Origin: the human T2T-CHM13v2.0 reference genome, Homo sapiens | Assembly (NCBI RefSeq): GCF_009914755.1 | Contig: NC_060935.1 | DNA: 64,000 nucleotides | Strand: one strand, 5' to 3' | In this document: piece by piece, positions 1 through 15,070 of the stretch | Numbering within the stretch: the stretch's first letter is position 1 | Layout of the letters: every line of letters starts with the position of its first letter | Position numbers and translations under genes: made by a program | The notes under the pieces: generated by a model | What the model was told of the DNA's origin: nothing | Databases searched by the model: none | Seen by the model: the letters and a program-made list of their open reading frames with translations, nothing else

Positions 1-121
1 CATGAGGGCTCCAACCTCATGACCTAATAGCCCCTCAAAGACCCTACCTCCTAAAACCATTACATTGGTGATTAGATTTAAACGTTAATTCTGGGGACAC
101 ACAAATATTCAGAGCAAAGCA
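1..121 (-). mobile_element. MaLR LTR (MLT1/MST-type) 5' terminus, cut by window edge
   Basis: tcatgacctaat...ggggacacacaaatattcagagcaaagca resembles the reverse complement of the MLT1 start. Confidence 0.7.
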
Positions 122-279
122 GTCATGATATGAAGAGTCTGTCTAAGGAAAGAAGTGATGTGGCTCATGCTATACCATGCATGATTTTAATCTGGGTAAA
201 ATGCTAAATTCAAATCTCAGAAATCATGAATGATGAAATAAAAAGGTCCTCACAAGTTAGTTATCTATATAAAAAAATT

Positions 280-810
280 GGATTTCTTCTTGCCCTACAA
301 AAATAAATTCTAGATTAATTAAAGACCTAAATGTCAAAAGAAAAAGTGTTAATGGAAAATATAGGTGAATTTCTTTCTGATCTTAAGGTAGAAAAGAATT
401 TCTTAAGGTGCAAAATGTACCAACGAAGAGAAAAATTTGGTGAATCTATATTAAATTTAAGACCACTTGCTAATCAGAAGGCACATTAAAGAAAGTGAAA
501 ATACATGTTACGAACTGGAAGAAGATATTTTCAACATGTATAACTAATAAAAAATTAGTAACAAGAATATGTAAAAAAAACTCTTGGAAATCATAAGGAC
601 AAAAACACAATAAAAATTATTAAAAGACATGAACAAGCACCTCAAGGTAAAGAAAATACATATGGTTAATACACATACAAGGAAATATTCAGTTTCAACA
701 GATATCTGGAAAATACAAATTATAACATGACACTATTTTAGACTTCTTTAATTGGCCACAGTGGTATGACAATGTTTAACAATACCAAGTGTTGGAGAAA
801 AGGTAGATGA
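280..810 (+). mobile_element. Ancient L1M fragment (ORF2 3' region)
   Basis: Degenerate L1 motifs: aaaataaattctagattaattaaagacctaaatgt, ggaagaagatattt, aataccaagtgttggaga. Confidence 0.6.
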
Positions 811-1262
811 ATGGGATTGAGAGGTAAAGACAAACTTTTCAAGACCAATCCACTGTGGGCTGATCTCTGAAAAAAGGAGCTGGCCTCCTACAAAGCTCCA
901 TGGAAACCAGATTGTTTAAAAGACTTAAGACATAGTCTGTGACGATGCGAGATAACTGTGACCTACCCTGTAATAAGGTGAGCAGAGGAGATTTTCAAGC
1001 AATATTCTACTTCTTACATTGGGTGATGGGTCTTCAAATGTTTCTGTATTGTTGAAAATAAATAACTATAAACATATAGACAACAAAACAAGACTATTCA
1101 TGAGCCAATGATGAGAGTATGTAATGACTAGAGTCAATGATTCATCCAATCCTCTACTCCTGAGTCAAAAACAAAAAGAAAAATGTCAAAAACTTGGGAT
1201 TTAAGATAAGGTATAGGAAGCACCTAAGTTAACATAAATCCCAATGGTAATTTGTGATGCAG

Positions 1263-1837
1263 TGTACTGTTTATATACACTTTTTAATTTTCTGTATATT
1301 ATAATGTTTTGACATCTTAAAAAGTTTTTTGACTGGGGAGAGTTTGCCTCTCCTGGGCTAGCCAATTCTTAGATAGCAAAGGGCTCAGCCAGGAGCATGC
1401 CTTTTATGTGCAAACTAATCAATACAGAGCCTCTACCTGACCCATCCTCTATCTGGGCTATACACCCCAGGAGGCAATATTCCCCTGCCTTCATCATCCC
1501 AGATCCAGGGACCAGGCAACTAGGGACCATCCCTATAGTTCAAAGCCTGCTGAACTTCTTCAAATTAGCCCATCCTAAACTATATACCCTGCCCTGCCTA
1601 GCCTTTCCCATGGAAACCCCAATCAAGGCCATTGCCCTGGCCTCCACCCTGTGCCTGCCCTTCCTGCCTCCTGACCCATGTGGCTCTCTGTGGCATTCCA
1701 TACTTCCTGTTTCAAGGACCTGTGAGTATTACAAACTTTATTTTCCTGTGGCTTCCCTCAGGACACACCTGACTGGCCACCATATAAAAGAACACAGAAC
1801 ATGTAGCTATTATCACATCTATATTTCACGTAAAACA
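1263..1837 (+). mobile_element. MER74/MER73-family solo LTR (ERVL)
   Basis: TG...CA termini; motifs gggctagccaattcttagatagcaaa, caactagggac, ttcaaattagcccatcctaaac. Confidence 0.75.
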
Positions 1838-2206
1838 GCGGGCTCAGAGAAGATAAGAGAATCACTCAGCACTAAGTATCTAAGAAGAATTAAACATCCT
1901 ATTTGGACCTAAATCTGTCTGATTATATACTATCATTAAGCTGAGTTACAGTAACAAATAAGCCCCAAACATTCTGCAGCTTAACAAAATAGATATTTAT
2001 TTCTTATTCATCTGAAGGTCCAAAGAGCATTATCTGAGTCAGCGGAGTGGCTCTCCTCTATGTGATCATGTAAAGACCCAAACTCCTATTTTATGGCTCT
2101 ATAGCTGTCCAGATTCTCATCACTGTTTGTAGGAAAGAGTATGAAAGAGTACACTGTGGTGACTTCTACAGGCCGGTTTGGAATGATACTCATTATTCCT
2201 ACTCTC

Positions 2207-2523
2207 TTTTTACTTTTCTTTTCTTTTTTGAGATAGGTTCTTGCTCTGTCACCCAGACTAGAGTGCAGGGACACAATCATGGCTCACTGAAGCCGTGACC
2301 TTCTGGGTCCTCCTACCTCAGCCCCCAATTAGCTGGGGACCACAGGCATGTGCCACTATGCTCGGCTAATTTTTTCATTTTTTTGCAGAGATTGTGGGTC
2401 TCACTATGTTGCTCAGGCTGGTCCCAAACTCCTGGGCTCAAGTGATCCTCCCACCTCAAGTGATCCTCCTGCCTCAGCCTCCCCAAGTGCTGGAATTATA
2501 GGCATGAGCCACTGCACCCGGCT
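2207..2523 (-). mobile_element. AluJ, within an old MLT1-like LTR (~1930-2640)
   Basis: Dimeric Alu in reverse orientation with T-rich tail; carries an internal 18-bp duplication. Confidence 0.9.
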
Positions 2524-3300
2524 GCTCTCATGTTATTAGAGTGAACTTAGTCACATACACCAGTGCACTTACCTGGGAGGGTGGCTCACAGAAATGCGGG
2601 AAGAGTGAATTTGAGTGGACAGCTGATACTTCCACCACAGGCTCCAAATATCAAGCTCTTTCCAAATGTCACAGTAGCCTTCTTATGAAGATAAATGGCA
2701 AAGGTAAAAAACGATATGGAAATATCACATGATATTGGAAAGCCATGGGTAACAAGTTCCGTGTTGCTGGGGTACATGTGCTGTCTGGACTAATGTACTG
2801 ATTTTGCTAGCCTATAAAAAAACATATCTCAAGCAAAGTTGTGTAAGATACTTCCTCATTATGCTGAAATCCATGGATGTCCACTAAACAACTGCATTAT
2901 AAAAAGAACTGGTCATCCTACAATTAGTAACTATGAAGGACAGAAGGGGATGTATTGATGTAGTGAGTATATGTGTGCTTTGGAATGAATACAGTGAAAT
3001 AATGAAACATAAAAACAATCATAACATTGAAAATCAGTGTATTTTTGTTGCTGTCCAATATCACCTTTCCTGGGTCACATTTCATTTTGGCCAGATAGTC
3101 ACAGTAGTCCAAAATATTCAGGAATAATCAATATGATAGCCACATTCTTCAAAACTATGATGTGTAAAAACACAGGATTATTCAAACAAAATCAAAAGTT
3201 TCTGCATATAGTACGATTAAGTTTTTAAGGGACTGGCAAATATTCCTTACCCAAGCATATGCCATGCTGACCTAATCAGTTATCTCTTTCAGTTTTTAAA

Positions 3301-3515
3301 AATAATAATAGTAACCCTTTGTAAGTACTTACTGTGTGCTAAGACCTTTATATACATTATATCATTTAACCACAATGATGTTATGAGGAAGTTATGATTC
3401 TCAGTTTTAGGATAAAGATATTGAACTTAGAGAGCTTAAACTGCCTAAGGTCACTCAGCTAGAAAGTAGCAGAATCAAGATTACAGTCCAGATATCTCCA
3501 ATTCCAGCACCCTCA
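3301..3515 (-). mobile_element. MIR
   Basis: MIR core ...cctaaggtcactcagctagaaagtagcaga. Confidence 0.75.
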
Positions 3516-5149
3516 CTCTTCCCCATCATGATAAGGAGCAAGAACTCTAGCTCAGTCAATAATGTTAATTACAATGTGTCAAAAAAGAATGATGTTTCCT
3601 TTTTTTGGTTAGAGCATTTCTACCAGGAAGGCTACAGCTGGTACTATAAATGGTGAGTATAAGTGACATTCTTGCATCTCAGGATGGTTCCAATTTCCCA
3701 CTCAGTTCTGACCCACCAGGGTACACAGTGCCAGACAGCTAGACTAATAATAGAAGAGATTAAGATGTTTTCTTAATTTAGTCCTTGTAGAAACATTGCT
3801 TATCCCTACACTCCCATCTGTTTTGGAATTTTAAGAGTGTGCATTTTTAATCCAGGATGGGAGCTTTCCAGAGCACTCAAATTACATCATGCAGAGATAA
3901 GAATTTCTCCAGTGGCATGGCTTCTCTTGACTGGAAACCCCAGACTTCTCTGCACTAAGTAATATGAAACTGAAATAAGACTTTTCCTTAGAATTGACTG
4001 TTGGGACCCAATGCTGATGGCAAAGAGGTATTAAATACCCCCACATTTTAAAAACAGGAGAAAATAAAGATGGGCCAGAGTCTCCCCAAAGCTTATTTCA
4101 AAGCCGTGGAACTGACTCTTCCAATTCTGATCATGTCTCAGCTCTTAAATCATCTTCCTCTCTCTCCCTCTACAATTTCCAGTCTAAATAAAGAGAAAGT
4201 TAGAGACACAAAGGTGTGTGGAAGGAGGGAGTCATTGGCCTAGAGTTAAGTGTTGTACTCCTTCTCAACCCTTGCTTCCTGTGGAAGAGAGAAAGATGTC
4301 ACCTATCTTCATCCCAAACCAAGTGAGAAGGGCACTCAGAGAACCACTTGAAGAGCCTGAGAGTGCCTGCACCTGTGTGGAATTGTCATCTTATTCACCG
4401 GTTAGACCTGTGTTTAGGTAGCATGCATGCGAATCTGCCTTTTATGCCTATTTAAGAAGGGGGCAAAGGATTTGGAAAGATATGGCAATGTGGAAGTGGG
4501 AGCACCAGCGGTGAAGCTTAGCAAAGGTGTGCAAAATGTTCAAAGTTAAGTGGCCATTGCAATAGATATTTAAACAGGAAACATCTTGCTGATAGCACAT
4601 CCAAAAGGGCTGGGCACCCAGTGTGATATCAAGAGCATAAAGAGTCCACGGGGTGGACTTCCAGGAGCACAAGAAGAAAGGGTCCAAGAAAGTTGAGCCA
4701 AGAAGAATCTCACAGTAGAAAACCAGGCAGTAAGAAAACCTTGAAGGACCCTCTTTCCTCTCACAATAGAGCCAGTATGTACATGTTTGCTGTACAAGGG
4801 CATAAGGAGTCAGTCTTAGGCATAGATTCAGAGACTGCCAAGAGACATCTACAAGTGCCATGACCTGCTGAATTAAAGGTGTTTGTACTATTCTATCTTC
4901 TTCAATTCTAGAAAGATCAAGTAAATGAAAAGAAAAAGCAGATCTTTCCAGGAGCCCCAGCACTGGGGCCACCCCAAGTTAGATGCAGAAGGCTGAGACG
5001 TGAGCAGTAAGTTGAATATGACATCAAAGCTTTCAATTCAACTACACTGGATTGGACTTCTTTGTACCTGAAATTTACTGGAAACCTGTGAAATTGAAGA
5101 TGTTTTAGATTACTAGATGTTGGTATTTAGGTGTCATTAGATTATTTGC

Positions 5150-5475
5150 AAGTAGTCATTCCTTTCCTCTTGACCTCCTCCAAAAAGAGGAACTTACTTC
5201 CCTGCCCATTTATGTTGGACTTGGTCATATGTCTTGTTTTGACCTATAGGATATTGGCAGATCCCATATAAGCAAGGACTTAAAAAGCACTATGTGGATT
5301 GGCTGGCCCTCTAGCACTCCTGCCTTTTGCCATGAAAAGAACATGCTTCAGGTCATCACTGGTTCAAGGAGAGTGGGAGGCATGTGGAGCAGACATAAAT
5401 CTAACTCAAACACTGAAGCCAAGCTCACTTAAGAAGAGCTGGAGCTCAGCCAACTCGTGTACTTGTGAGAAATAT
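5150..5475 (+). mobile_element. MLT1 (H/I/J-like) LTR fragment
   Basis: acttccctgccc...ttggtcatatgtcttgttttgacc...gccatgaaaagaacatgc...tgtgagaaata. Confidence 0.6.
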
Positions 5476-5633
5476 GTAGATAGATATGTTAGTTTAGCCA
5501 TTTCACCATATTGATAGGCATTAGGTTGTTTACTTTTTCAAGTTTTTTAACTCATAGAGTGCTGTAATAAACATCATTTTGCATATACGATTATGCATAT
5601 GAAAAATTATTCCTATAAACCAGAAATCCTCAC

Positions 5634-6395
5634 AGATGGCTAATTTTATGTGTCAACTTACGTAGGCTAAGGGATGTTCAGAAGGCTGGCAAAACATTAT
5701 TTCTGGGTGTGTCTCCAAGAGTATTTCTAGAAGAAATTAGCATTTTTGAACCAGTAGACTGAATAAAGAAGATCCACCTTCAGGAATGAGGGTGGACATC
5801 ATCTAGTCCATCGTGGGTTCAAATAGAACAAAAGGGCAGAAGAAAGGCAGATTCTCTCTTTCTCTCCCCCTCTGTCTCTCTCTCCTTACTTGAGTTGGGG
5901 CATCCTTCTTCTGCTGTTCTTGGACATCAGAGTTCCTGGTTCTTGGGCCTTCAGACTCAGCTTACACCAACACCACCCCTCACTCCCTGCCACCCCAGTT
6001 CTCAGATCTTCAGCCTCAGACTGGGAGGATGTCATTGACTTCCCTGGTTCTTAGACCTTCAAAGTTGGACTGAATTATACCACTAGCTTTCCTGCTTCTC
6101 CAGGTTGCAGATTGCATATTATAGACGTCTCAACCTCCATGATTGCGTGAGCCAATTTCCATAATAAATCTCCATATATATATATTCACCATATAGGTAG
6201 GCATTAGGTTGCTTACCTTTTCAAGTTTTTTTAACTCATAGAGTGCTGTAATAAACATCATTTTGCATACACGATTATGCATATAAAAAATTATTTCTAT
6301 AAACCAGAAAACTAGAAAAGCAACTTCTGGGCCAAAATTTTATGTATCTGTATACCTTATTGGCTCTGTTTCTTTGAAGAATACTGACTAATAAA
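5634..6395 (+). mobile_element. MLT2 LTR (ERVL), interrupted at 6185-6346 by duplicated L1M flank
   Basis: gatggctaattttatgtgtcaact...aaacattatttctgggtgtgtct...ccataataaatctc; 3' end ttggctctgtttctttgaagaatactgactaata. Confidence 0.85.
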
Positions 6396-8527
6396 CTGTC
6401 TAAATTCCTTGGAAAAAATATTATAACTTTTTATATCAACACTATTTACATCCCCACCTACTGGATATAAGAGCAACTTTTTCACAATGCCCATCTAAGT
6501 CTGGCCTTAACAGTGTTTTAAAATTTTACCAAACTGACAAGTAAAAAATAGAATCTTGTTGTTTTAATATCAGCAGTTTAAAACGGAGAGGTATTCCTAT
6601 GTGCACACATGAAAAGGTTTCCACAATAAAAGAAAAATAACAGGCATAAAACTGTACATATCATGATCTCATTTCTTATTACACACACAAATTTATACAT
6701 GGCTCTTGCACAAATGTGTGTGTATGTGTATGTAGACATACTTTTATGTAAGTCTATATACACATTAAAAATCTGAAAAGATAGTCCCCAAATTGTTACT
6801 GTAATTATCCCTGATAAGTTAGTTTGGGGACAGAGGATTGAGGAGAAAACTAATTGTGTACTTTATATACTTCTGTATTGTTTAAAATTTTATAATCATG
6901 TAATACTTTGTAACAAAGGAAAGTGATAGAAATAGAAATACTTCTTTAAGTATAAAACAAAGATCTTCATTATCTGGAATTATGTAGCCATCATCTCCAT
7001 TTAATAATTTCTCTTATTTCCAACCTTATTGAGATAAATAAATAAATTGCTATATTCACGAGGTGTCACAATTCATGTGTACCTAGCATTTATCAGTACT
7101 GTTATTTAACTTAATAATATCAAATGCAGCAAGTTATAAATTTAAAAGATTATCAACATCATTTACTGATAAGGCAGCTAACAAGAATCATCTTACAAAT
7201 TAAAGAGAGATGAAATAAAAAGAAAACCTCATGCTGCATGTATCTGTGACTGAGCTCATGGAAGTAACCAAGCAATGTTAATGTACTATAAAACAAATGA
7301 GTTCCAGATTTCCATTTGTATTTCAGAAGGTGTTAAGTCTCAGAGATCTGTATTTATCATTTTTTAAAGCCATTAATGGGCCAGGCTTTTAAGTAATTTA
7401 TTGGGAGAGCAAAACAACTTTTCCATTGAGATGTTTTCATATCTTCAGCTTATCTATCTAAAAGCATCTCAAAATTTAAAAATCACTTCCACATTTGCAA
7501 ATCAAGTACACATGTCTGGATGAAGCATTTTTTAGTGGCTTTTGATATTCAACATGACATACTTTCAAGTAGGAAAAAATAAATAGTATTTTAAGGAATT
7601 GAGATTTGGCTAGCCAAATAATGAACCCACAAATTATTGTTTTTAAAACGCTTTATATAGAGTGTGCTAACTCTCTTCTCCCACTGTTCAAATCACACAG
7701 TGAGTAGAGTCAGGAGTTGCCATCTCTGTGCCAACAATGCAATCAGAGCCTGGGCAGCTAATTGAAAAATGATCATGAAAAAAAAAAAAAAAAGAATGTT
7801 ATAGAAGCCTTTACAACTAGGAACAAATAAAAAGGATTGTAAATACATCTGGATATGGAAGAAATGTGAGATTTAGAATACAGCTTCAAGTAAGCAAAAG
7901 ACATTAATATACTCTCCCAAATATATAGAAGTTTGCCCACAGAATTGCATGCATTGGACTGTGTTGTTGAAGAGATTTCAGTGTAGCATATATTTTCTTC
8001 CAGTCACATTCTGAATTCATTTTCTACAGCATATTGTCAAATATTAAATCCATTTGCCCAGTTGTGTGTTGAAGTATTTGACTGAGGTATTTAACAAATA
8101 CCTCACAAGTAGAAAAAAGCCTGGAGAATGCTTCACTTGCTAAACAACAAATCAGCCAACAGAATTATCTGTTACTTTATAGAAGTAACTTGATTGTTTA
8201 CATGCAGAAAAGATTCATATAGGAGATAGAAGAAGATAGCAAGGAAAGTTCCCTTGGGTCTCACTAGGTTTCCTAGAATTGCCTCAAAGAATGAGAGACA
8301 TGTTTCACCTTCTGGATCACTTGAACCTTTGCTTTGAGACTCAGAAGACACTAGTTAATTTCAAGATGAATCTGTAGGATTCAGACCAATGTTACAGTGT
8401 TGATTTGGGCACCATTTGATAATCATAAGAAGGCATCAGTTTATGTCATCAAATTCTAGGTAAAATTTATTCTGTCCCATTTCCAAAATTTTGAGTTAAC
8501 CTCAGCCACCATCAGTTTGTTACACAT

Positions 8528-8856
8528 GTTTTTCTTTTTTTCCTTTTCTTATCTTCTTTTTTTTCTTTCAGAGTCTTGCTCTGTTACCCAGGCTGGAGTG
8601 CAGTGGCAAGATCTCGGCTCACTGCACTGCAACCTCTGCCTCTCAGGTTCAAGCAATTCTCCTGCCTCAGCCTCCCGAGTAACTGGGATTACAGACATGC
8701 ACCACCATGCCTGGCTAAAATTTTTTTTGTATTTTTAGTAGAGACAGGGTTTCACCATGTCGTCCAGGCTGGTCTTGAATTCCTGGCCTCAAGTGATCTG
8801 CCCACCTCAGCCTCCCAAAGTGCTGGGATAATAGGCATGAGCCACCATGCCCAGCC
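8528..8856 (-). mobile_element. AluS
   Basis: Full Alu; TSD tgttacacat at 8518-8527 and 8857-8866. Confidence 0.95.
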
Positions 8857-9179
8857 TGTTACACATCTTTGTGAATGTAGACATTCTAAACACTAAATTT
8901 TGGAGGTGCTAGAATTGGCTGAACTCTACTTTACATCATTATTCATTAATAAAGCTATTTGTTACAATACATGCTTGACATAACTTTAGTCAACACTACA
9001 GAAAATTCCCTGCTTTGTGTTCAACAAGTGCTTGAAGGCATACAAGGGTTTGAATATCTAAAACCAAACCTGTATTATACATCACTGGGTATTCTGGAGG
9101 GTAAAAGTTAAAATTAACTGAGGACAGGGATAGCCCTTGGAAAGAAGTATAAAGAAAAAAAAAAAACTTTCTGTCTTCT

Positions 9180-9328
9180 TTTTTGTTTGTTTCTTGTTTT
9201 TTTTTTTTTTTTAGAGACAGGGTCTCATTCTTTTGCCCAGGCTGGTCTTGAACTGCTGGCCTGAAGCAATCCTCTTGCCTCGGCTTCCCAAAGTGTCAGG
9301 ATTACAGGCATGTGCCACTGCAAGTCAC
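9180..9328 (-). mobile_element. FLAM / Alu left monomer
   Basis: Single monomer with T tail; ctgtctt on both flanks. Confidence 0.85.
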
Positions 9329-9419
9329 TGTCTTTTGAGACTCCTCAACTTTCCCTCTTATACATTTTACTCGAATCCAAGAGTAGATGTTGTTCCCCTC
9401 TTTTCATGTGCTACTATCC

Positions 9420-9890
9420 CCTGCGTGATTTGATAACTGCCCATCTCTCCAACTTCCTCTCCTCCCATTCGCCCCTTTATCACTATGTGCATTCACAGTG
9501 GCCTGCCTGTTCCTCAGATGCACCAAGCTGATCCTCGACCCTAACATTTTTCCATTGCCCTTTTCCCTGCATGGAATGATTTTATTCTCTCTCTAGCCCT
9601 ACTGTTCTCTCTACCTGGAATGTTTTTACCTTCTTCCAAAGGCTGACTTCCACATCATTCAAGTCTCAGCTTGAGCATTTTCTTCATTTTGAAAAAAGCT
9701 TTCTCTGGTCAACATAACTAATATATTTTTATCAAATTTCTCTCCATCCTATTATACCACTAAAATTAACTTATCAATTAATTTACTCATTGTCTGTATT
9801 CCTTAACAGAATAAAAGCTCCTTAAGAAACATCTTGAGGAATTTATAGTAGACTAGACATGCTCATTGAATAAGTGAGTAAATGAATATT
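9420..9890 (+). mobile_element. L2 3' end
   Basis: Pyrimidine-rich L2 motifs ending in gctcattgaataagtgagtaaatgaat. Confidence 0.65.
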
Positions 9891-9924
9891 ACAGTCAATT
9901 TAGTCTCTTCACTGTTACATAATA

Positions 9925-10130
9925 ATGAAGAGCTCAGGCTTTAAAATCAAAGTTCATTTGAATTCCAGCCTCTTTAATTATTAGCTGAGTAAACTTGGGC
10001 GAGTTACCTAACTTCTCTAAGCTTTAGTTTCATCATCCGTAAAGTAGAAATGATAGTATCATTGGGTTTTGTGAATATTAAATAAAGTACAGCGTAAAAC
10101 ATTGACTGACATGTCTGCCCTGCAAGAAAT
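9925..10130 (+). mobile_element. MIR
   Basis: ttgggcgagttacctaacttctctaagctttagtttcatcatccgtaaa core. Confidence 0.75.
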
Positions 10131-10263
10131 ATTCGATAAACATTGGGACAAAAGAATCCTTCACTCAAAGGATATTTGCATCTGTAAAGATCTCAGGAAG
10201 AGGCTAAATTTTAACCAGGAGATTCTGTGCCTGGCTACCATAGGTGTACTTTGTTTAGGCAGA

Positions 10264-10477
10264 GAGAACACATGGACACAGGAAAGGGAACATCACACAC
10301 TGGGGCCTGTTGAGGGGTGGGGGGAGCGGGGAGGGATAGCATTAGGAGATATACCTAATGCTAAATGATGAGTTAATGGGTGCAGCACACCAACATGGCA
10401 CATGTATACATATGTAACAAACCTGCACGTTGTGCACATGTACCCTAAAACTTAAAGTATATTAAAAAAAAAAAAAA
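10264..10477 (+). mobile_element. Short 5'-truncated L1PA (L1PA3/4-like 3'UTR)
   Basis: Canonical L1PA 3'UTR plus poly(A); agagaac at 10263-10269 and 10480-10486. Confidence 0.95.
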
Positions 10478-11146
10478 GAAGAGAACTAGCACTCCTCATG
10501 TTACACTTTGAGGATAACATTACTGATGGAGAAGCAAGTAGGAACTATCTGTTGCAGGGTGATAGATGGTGAGAGAGGTCAGATTTTGCCAAGAAAAGGT
10601 CACTTGGCTGGTGAGTAGAAGGTCTTAACCAGTAGCATTTCCCGGATGAATTTACCACAGTCAAATATTAGCCATGGAGGTCGAGAAAATATCAGTCTCC
10701 CAGGGCTGATAACACTTACTGAGACTGCCTCGCAATGTCCAAACTGAAGCATATGAACAAAAGGCCATTTGTTGAATTATAGTAAAAACCCTAATTTTCC
10801 AATGTCAAATATCTATACTATCCTGAGCAGTCCATTCTTTTCTTCTAAGAAACAAAAAAAAAAAACCATGAAAATCAGATTTTGTTGCAAAAATGGTTTT
10901 GGCAAGGGAAATGATTTGTAGGTCTCAAATGTTATTGGATACGTGCTGTAGAGACTAATACTTCCATCTGTACTGGCAAATCCTCGAGCTGGCACCGGAG
11001 GGATGCTATCAGTTTTCTTCCCCTAACTCTTGTTTGTCAATGTTTCTTCATATTTCAACTAATCCATTCCCTAGATATCTTAATATCATTTATCTTCCAG
11101 TGGCTTGAGTCTTACTAACTCAGCCACGTGATCGCATGTTCTCTAG

Positions 11147-11490
<344 letters not shown>

Positions 11491-11828
11491 CTTTTTTAAG
11501 GTCTTACTATGCCTTAGTATATTCCATGTTTACTATCTAAGTTTATGTGTTAACACATTTGAAAATTGTCAACAACTGTAAGGGTAATAAGGATTTGCAA
11601 GTATTTTGACTGTTCAAAAATCTTCCAGTTTTCTTCCTCCCAAGAGCACAGAAGGATTGCAGTCCCTACCTCCTTGAAGGGATGCATGACCATTGACTTG
11701 CTAGACTAATGAAATGAGTGGAAATGATATGTGGCATTTGCAGGTGGCAGTCTTTAAATTCCAAGCATGATTGGCCATGCTTGCTTTCTCTCTGCCACAG
11801 CACCGGGTGATGGTCCAGGCAGTAGAGG

Positions 11829-12240
11829 TGACATAGGTTGGATGTTTGTCCCCTCCAAATCTCATGTTAAAATGTGATCCCCAAATGTTGTAAGTGAGCT
11901 CTAGTGGGAAGTCCTTGGGTCATGGGAGCAGATCCCCCACGAGGGTGTTGGTACCATCTCTGCAGCAATGAATGAGTTCTCGATCTATCAGTTCACATGA
12001 GAGCTGGTTATTTTTAAAAGCCTGACATTTCCCTTTCTTCCTCTACCACCATGTGACAAACCCACTCCCCCTTCACCTTCTGCCATGAGTAAAAGCTTGC
12101 TGAGGTCTTCACCAAAAGCAGGTGCTGGTACTGTGCTTCTTGTACAGTCTGTAGAACCATGAGCCAAAATAGACCTCTTTTCTTTATAAATTACCCAGCC
12201 TCGGTTATTCCTCTATAGCAACACAAAAGGAACTAATACA
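11829..12240 (+). mobile_element. MSTB-like solo LTR nested in an MLT1 LTR (~11620-12380)
   Basis: TG...CA termini; perfect 5-bp TSD AGAGG at 11824-11828 and 12241-12245. Confidence 0.9.
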
Positions 12241-13769
12241 AGAGGCTTCATCAATTTTAATCCCCAAGCTCATGGAGTAGATCCCCCTGGAAACTCATGA
12301 TGAGCATGTCATGTATTTGAGAAATACCTTTCCTTTGTCTTAAGCCACTAAGCTTTTGCAGTTATTTATTTACATACCATGACTTAACTCATTACAATTA
12401 ATATAAAGATGAAAACTTCTAGACCATCCTCTGATGTTATCCATTTTTATTTTAGTTTAGAATTATCTCATGTTCATCATCTATAAAATAAGATTAGTGT
12501 GTAAGAAAGTGTGTAAGGGCTTCCAAGTTGCAAATTACTATATACTTCCAAATTTACTGATTATTTCCCTAGGCTCTGACTTTAAGTTGATGTCCATATT
12601 GACAAATCTATGTTTTCACGCAGCAGCCTGTTCTGGTGCATTTTCAATATATTTGTGATCTGATCATAGGACTCTCCTTTTGGGAGATCTTTTTGAGAAA
12701 GGACTTTTTTTTGTTGGTACAAAGGAAAACTGTAGAGAAGACCTTTGCTAATTTTCCTTGGGATTTGAGCTTATAGAAACAGGAGTCAGCAAAAGTGACT
12801 TTTTCTTAGTAATTGGTAGGTTAAAAAAAAGCTATTTGTAGCACTATGAAGTAAAAAATTAAAAAAAAAAGAAAAGAAAGGAAGTCTAGCTGCTGAAAAA
12901 ATACTGAGGAGGGAGAAAATGGCTCATTTAGGGCATGTAACAACACTGAAATACTTTGGGAGAAAGAAAAAGTCCTCACCAGAGTTAAACCATCTGCTAT
13001 TAGAAATTACTGAGAAAAGAGCAATGCTTATACTGTGTATAAATTACCAGCCAATGGAATATGTTCACGGGTGACAACTGTTTCAAATATAAATTATCAC
13101 TCATCATTAAGCTTTATTCAATTAGCCAAGCAAATGAGAGAGAGAATGCCACTGAATCTTGTACATGTCTTTATTTCTCATGTGTTCATCTTGAAAACTC
13201 AAGACATTCTTCACTGAGGGCAACATATGGAATGACTAAATCTCAAGTTTAATTCAAAGCCATTTTTCTTTCCACTATCCCAGGATACAAAATGCAGCTG
13301 AGAACAAAGTCAGAGTATAAAACACAGACTTTCTTCCCCTAGGCTCAGATAACAGACATGCAGCCAAATGGAATTTTACCAAACTTTCTAAAATGAGTAA
13401 CACTGTGTGAGCACTGTTCCTTTGGGAACTTTATGAAAATGAGATATCTATCACAAAGGGTTCTCCAGGAAAAAAAATTCCTTCAAAAATGGGCATTTGT
13501 CATGACCTAGAAAGAACTGCAGAAAATTACAAACACCTAAGAATAATTTAAACTAAAAAAAACTTGAATTTTCCCTAAATATGATAATAAAAAAAGAACT
13601 TAAAATTTATTGAATGTCTAGTACTCACTCTTTCAACATTTATTGGTTGTATATAAGATGCCAAGAACCATGCTAGATGCCTTCACATGAACTGTCTCAT
13701 TTAGTCAAGAACTCTGTAAAGTACATATTAATTTACAGATGAATGGCTTGCCCAAAGTCACACAACTAA

Positions 13770-15070
<1,301 letters not shown>

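Noticed and set aside
1397-1912. 171-aa ORF
   Set aside because: Lies almost wholly within a MER74-type LTR; no recognisable domain.
4200-5100. 174-aa minus-strand ORF (4448-4972) in a purine-rich block
   Set aside because: Non-ATG start and no recognisable protein. Possibly an ancient LTR, but I cannot assign it.
8517-8896. Alu-derived ORFs here and at 13887, 26822, 40665, 52021, 55650
   Set aside because: Standard translations of Alu sequence; no evidence of exonisation from sequence alone.
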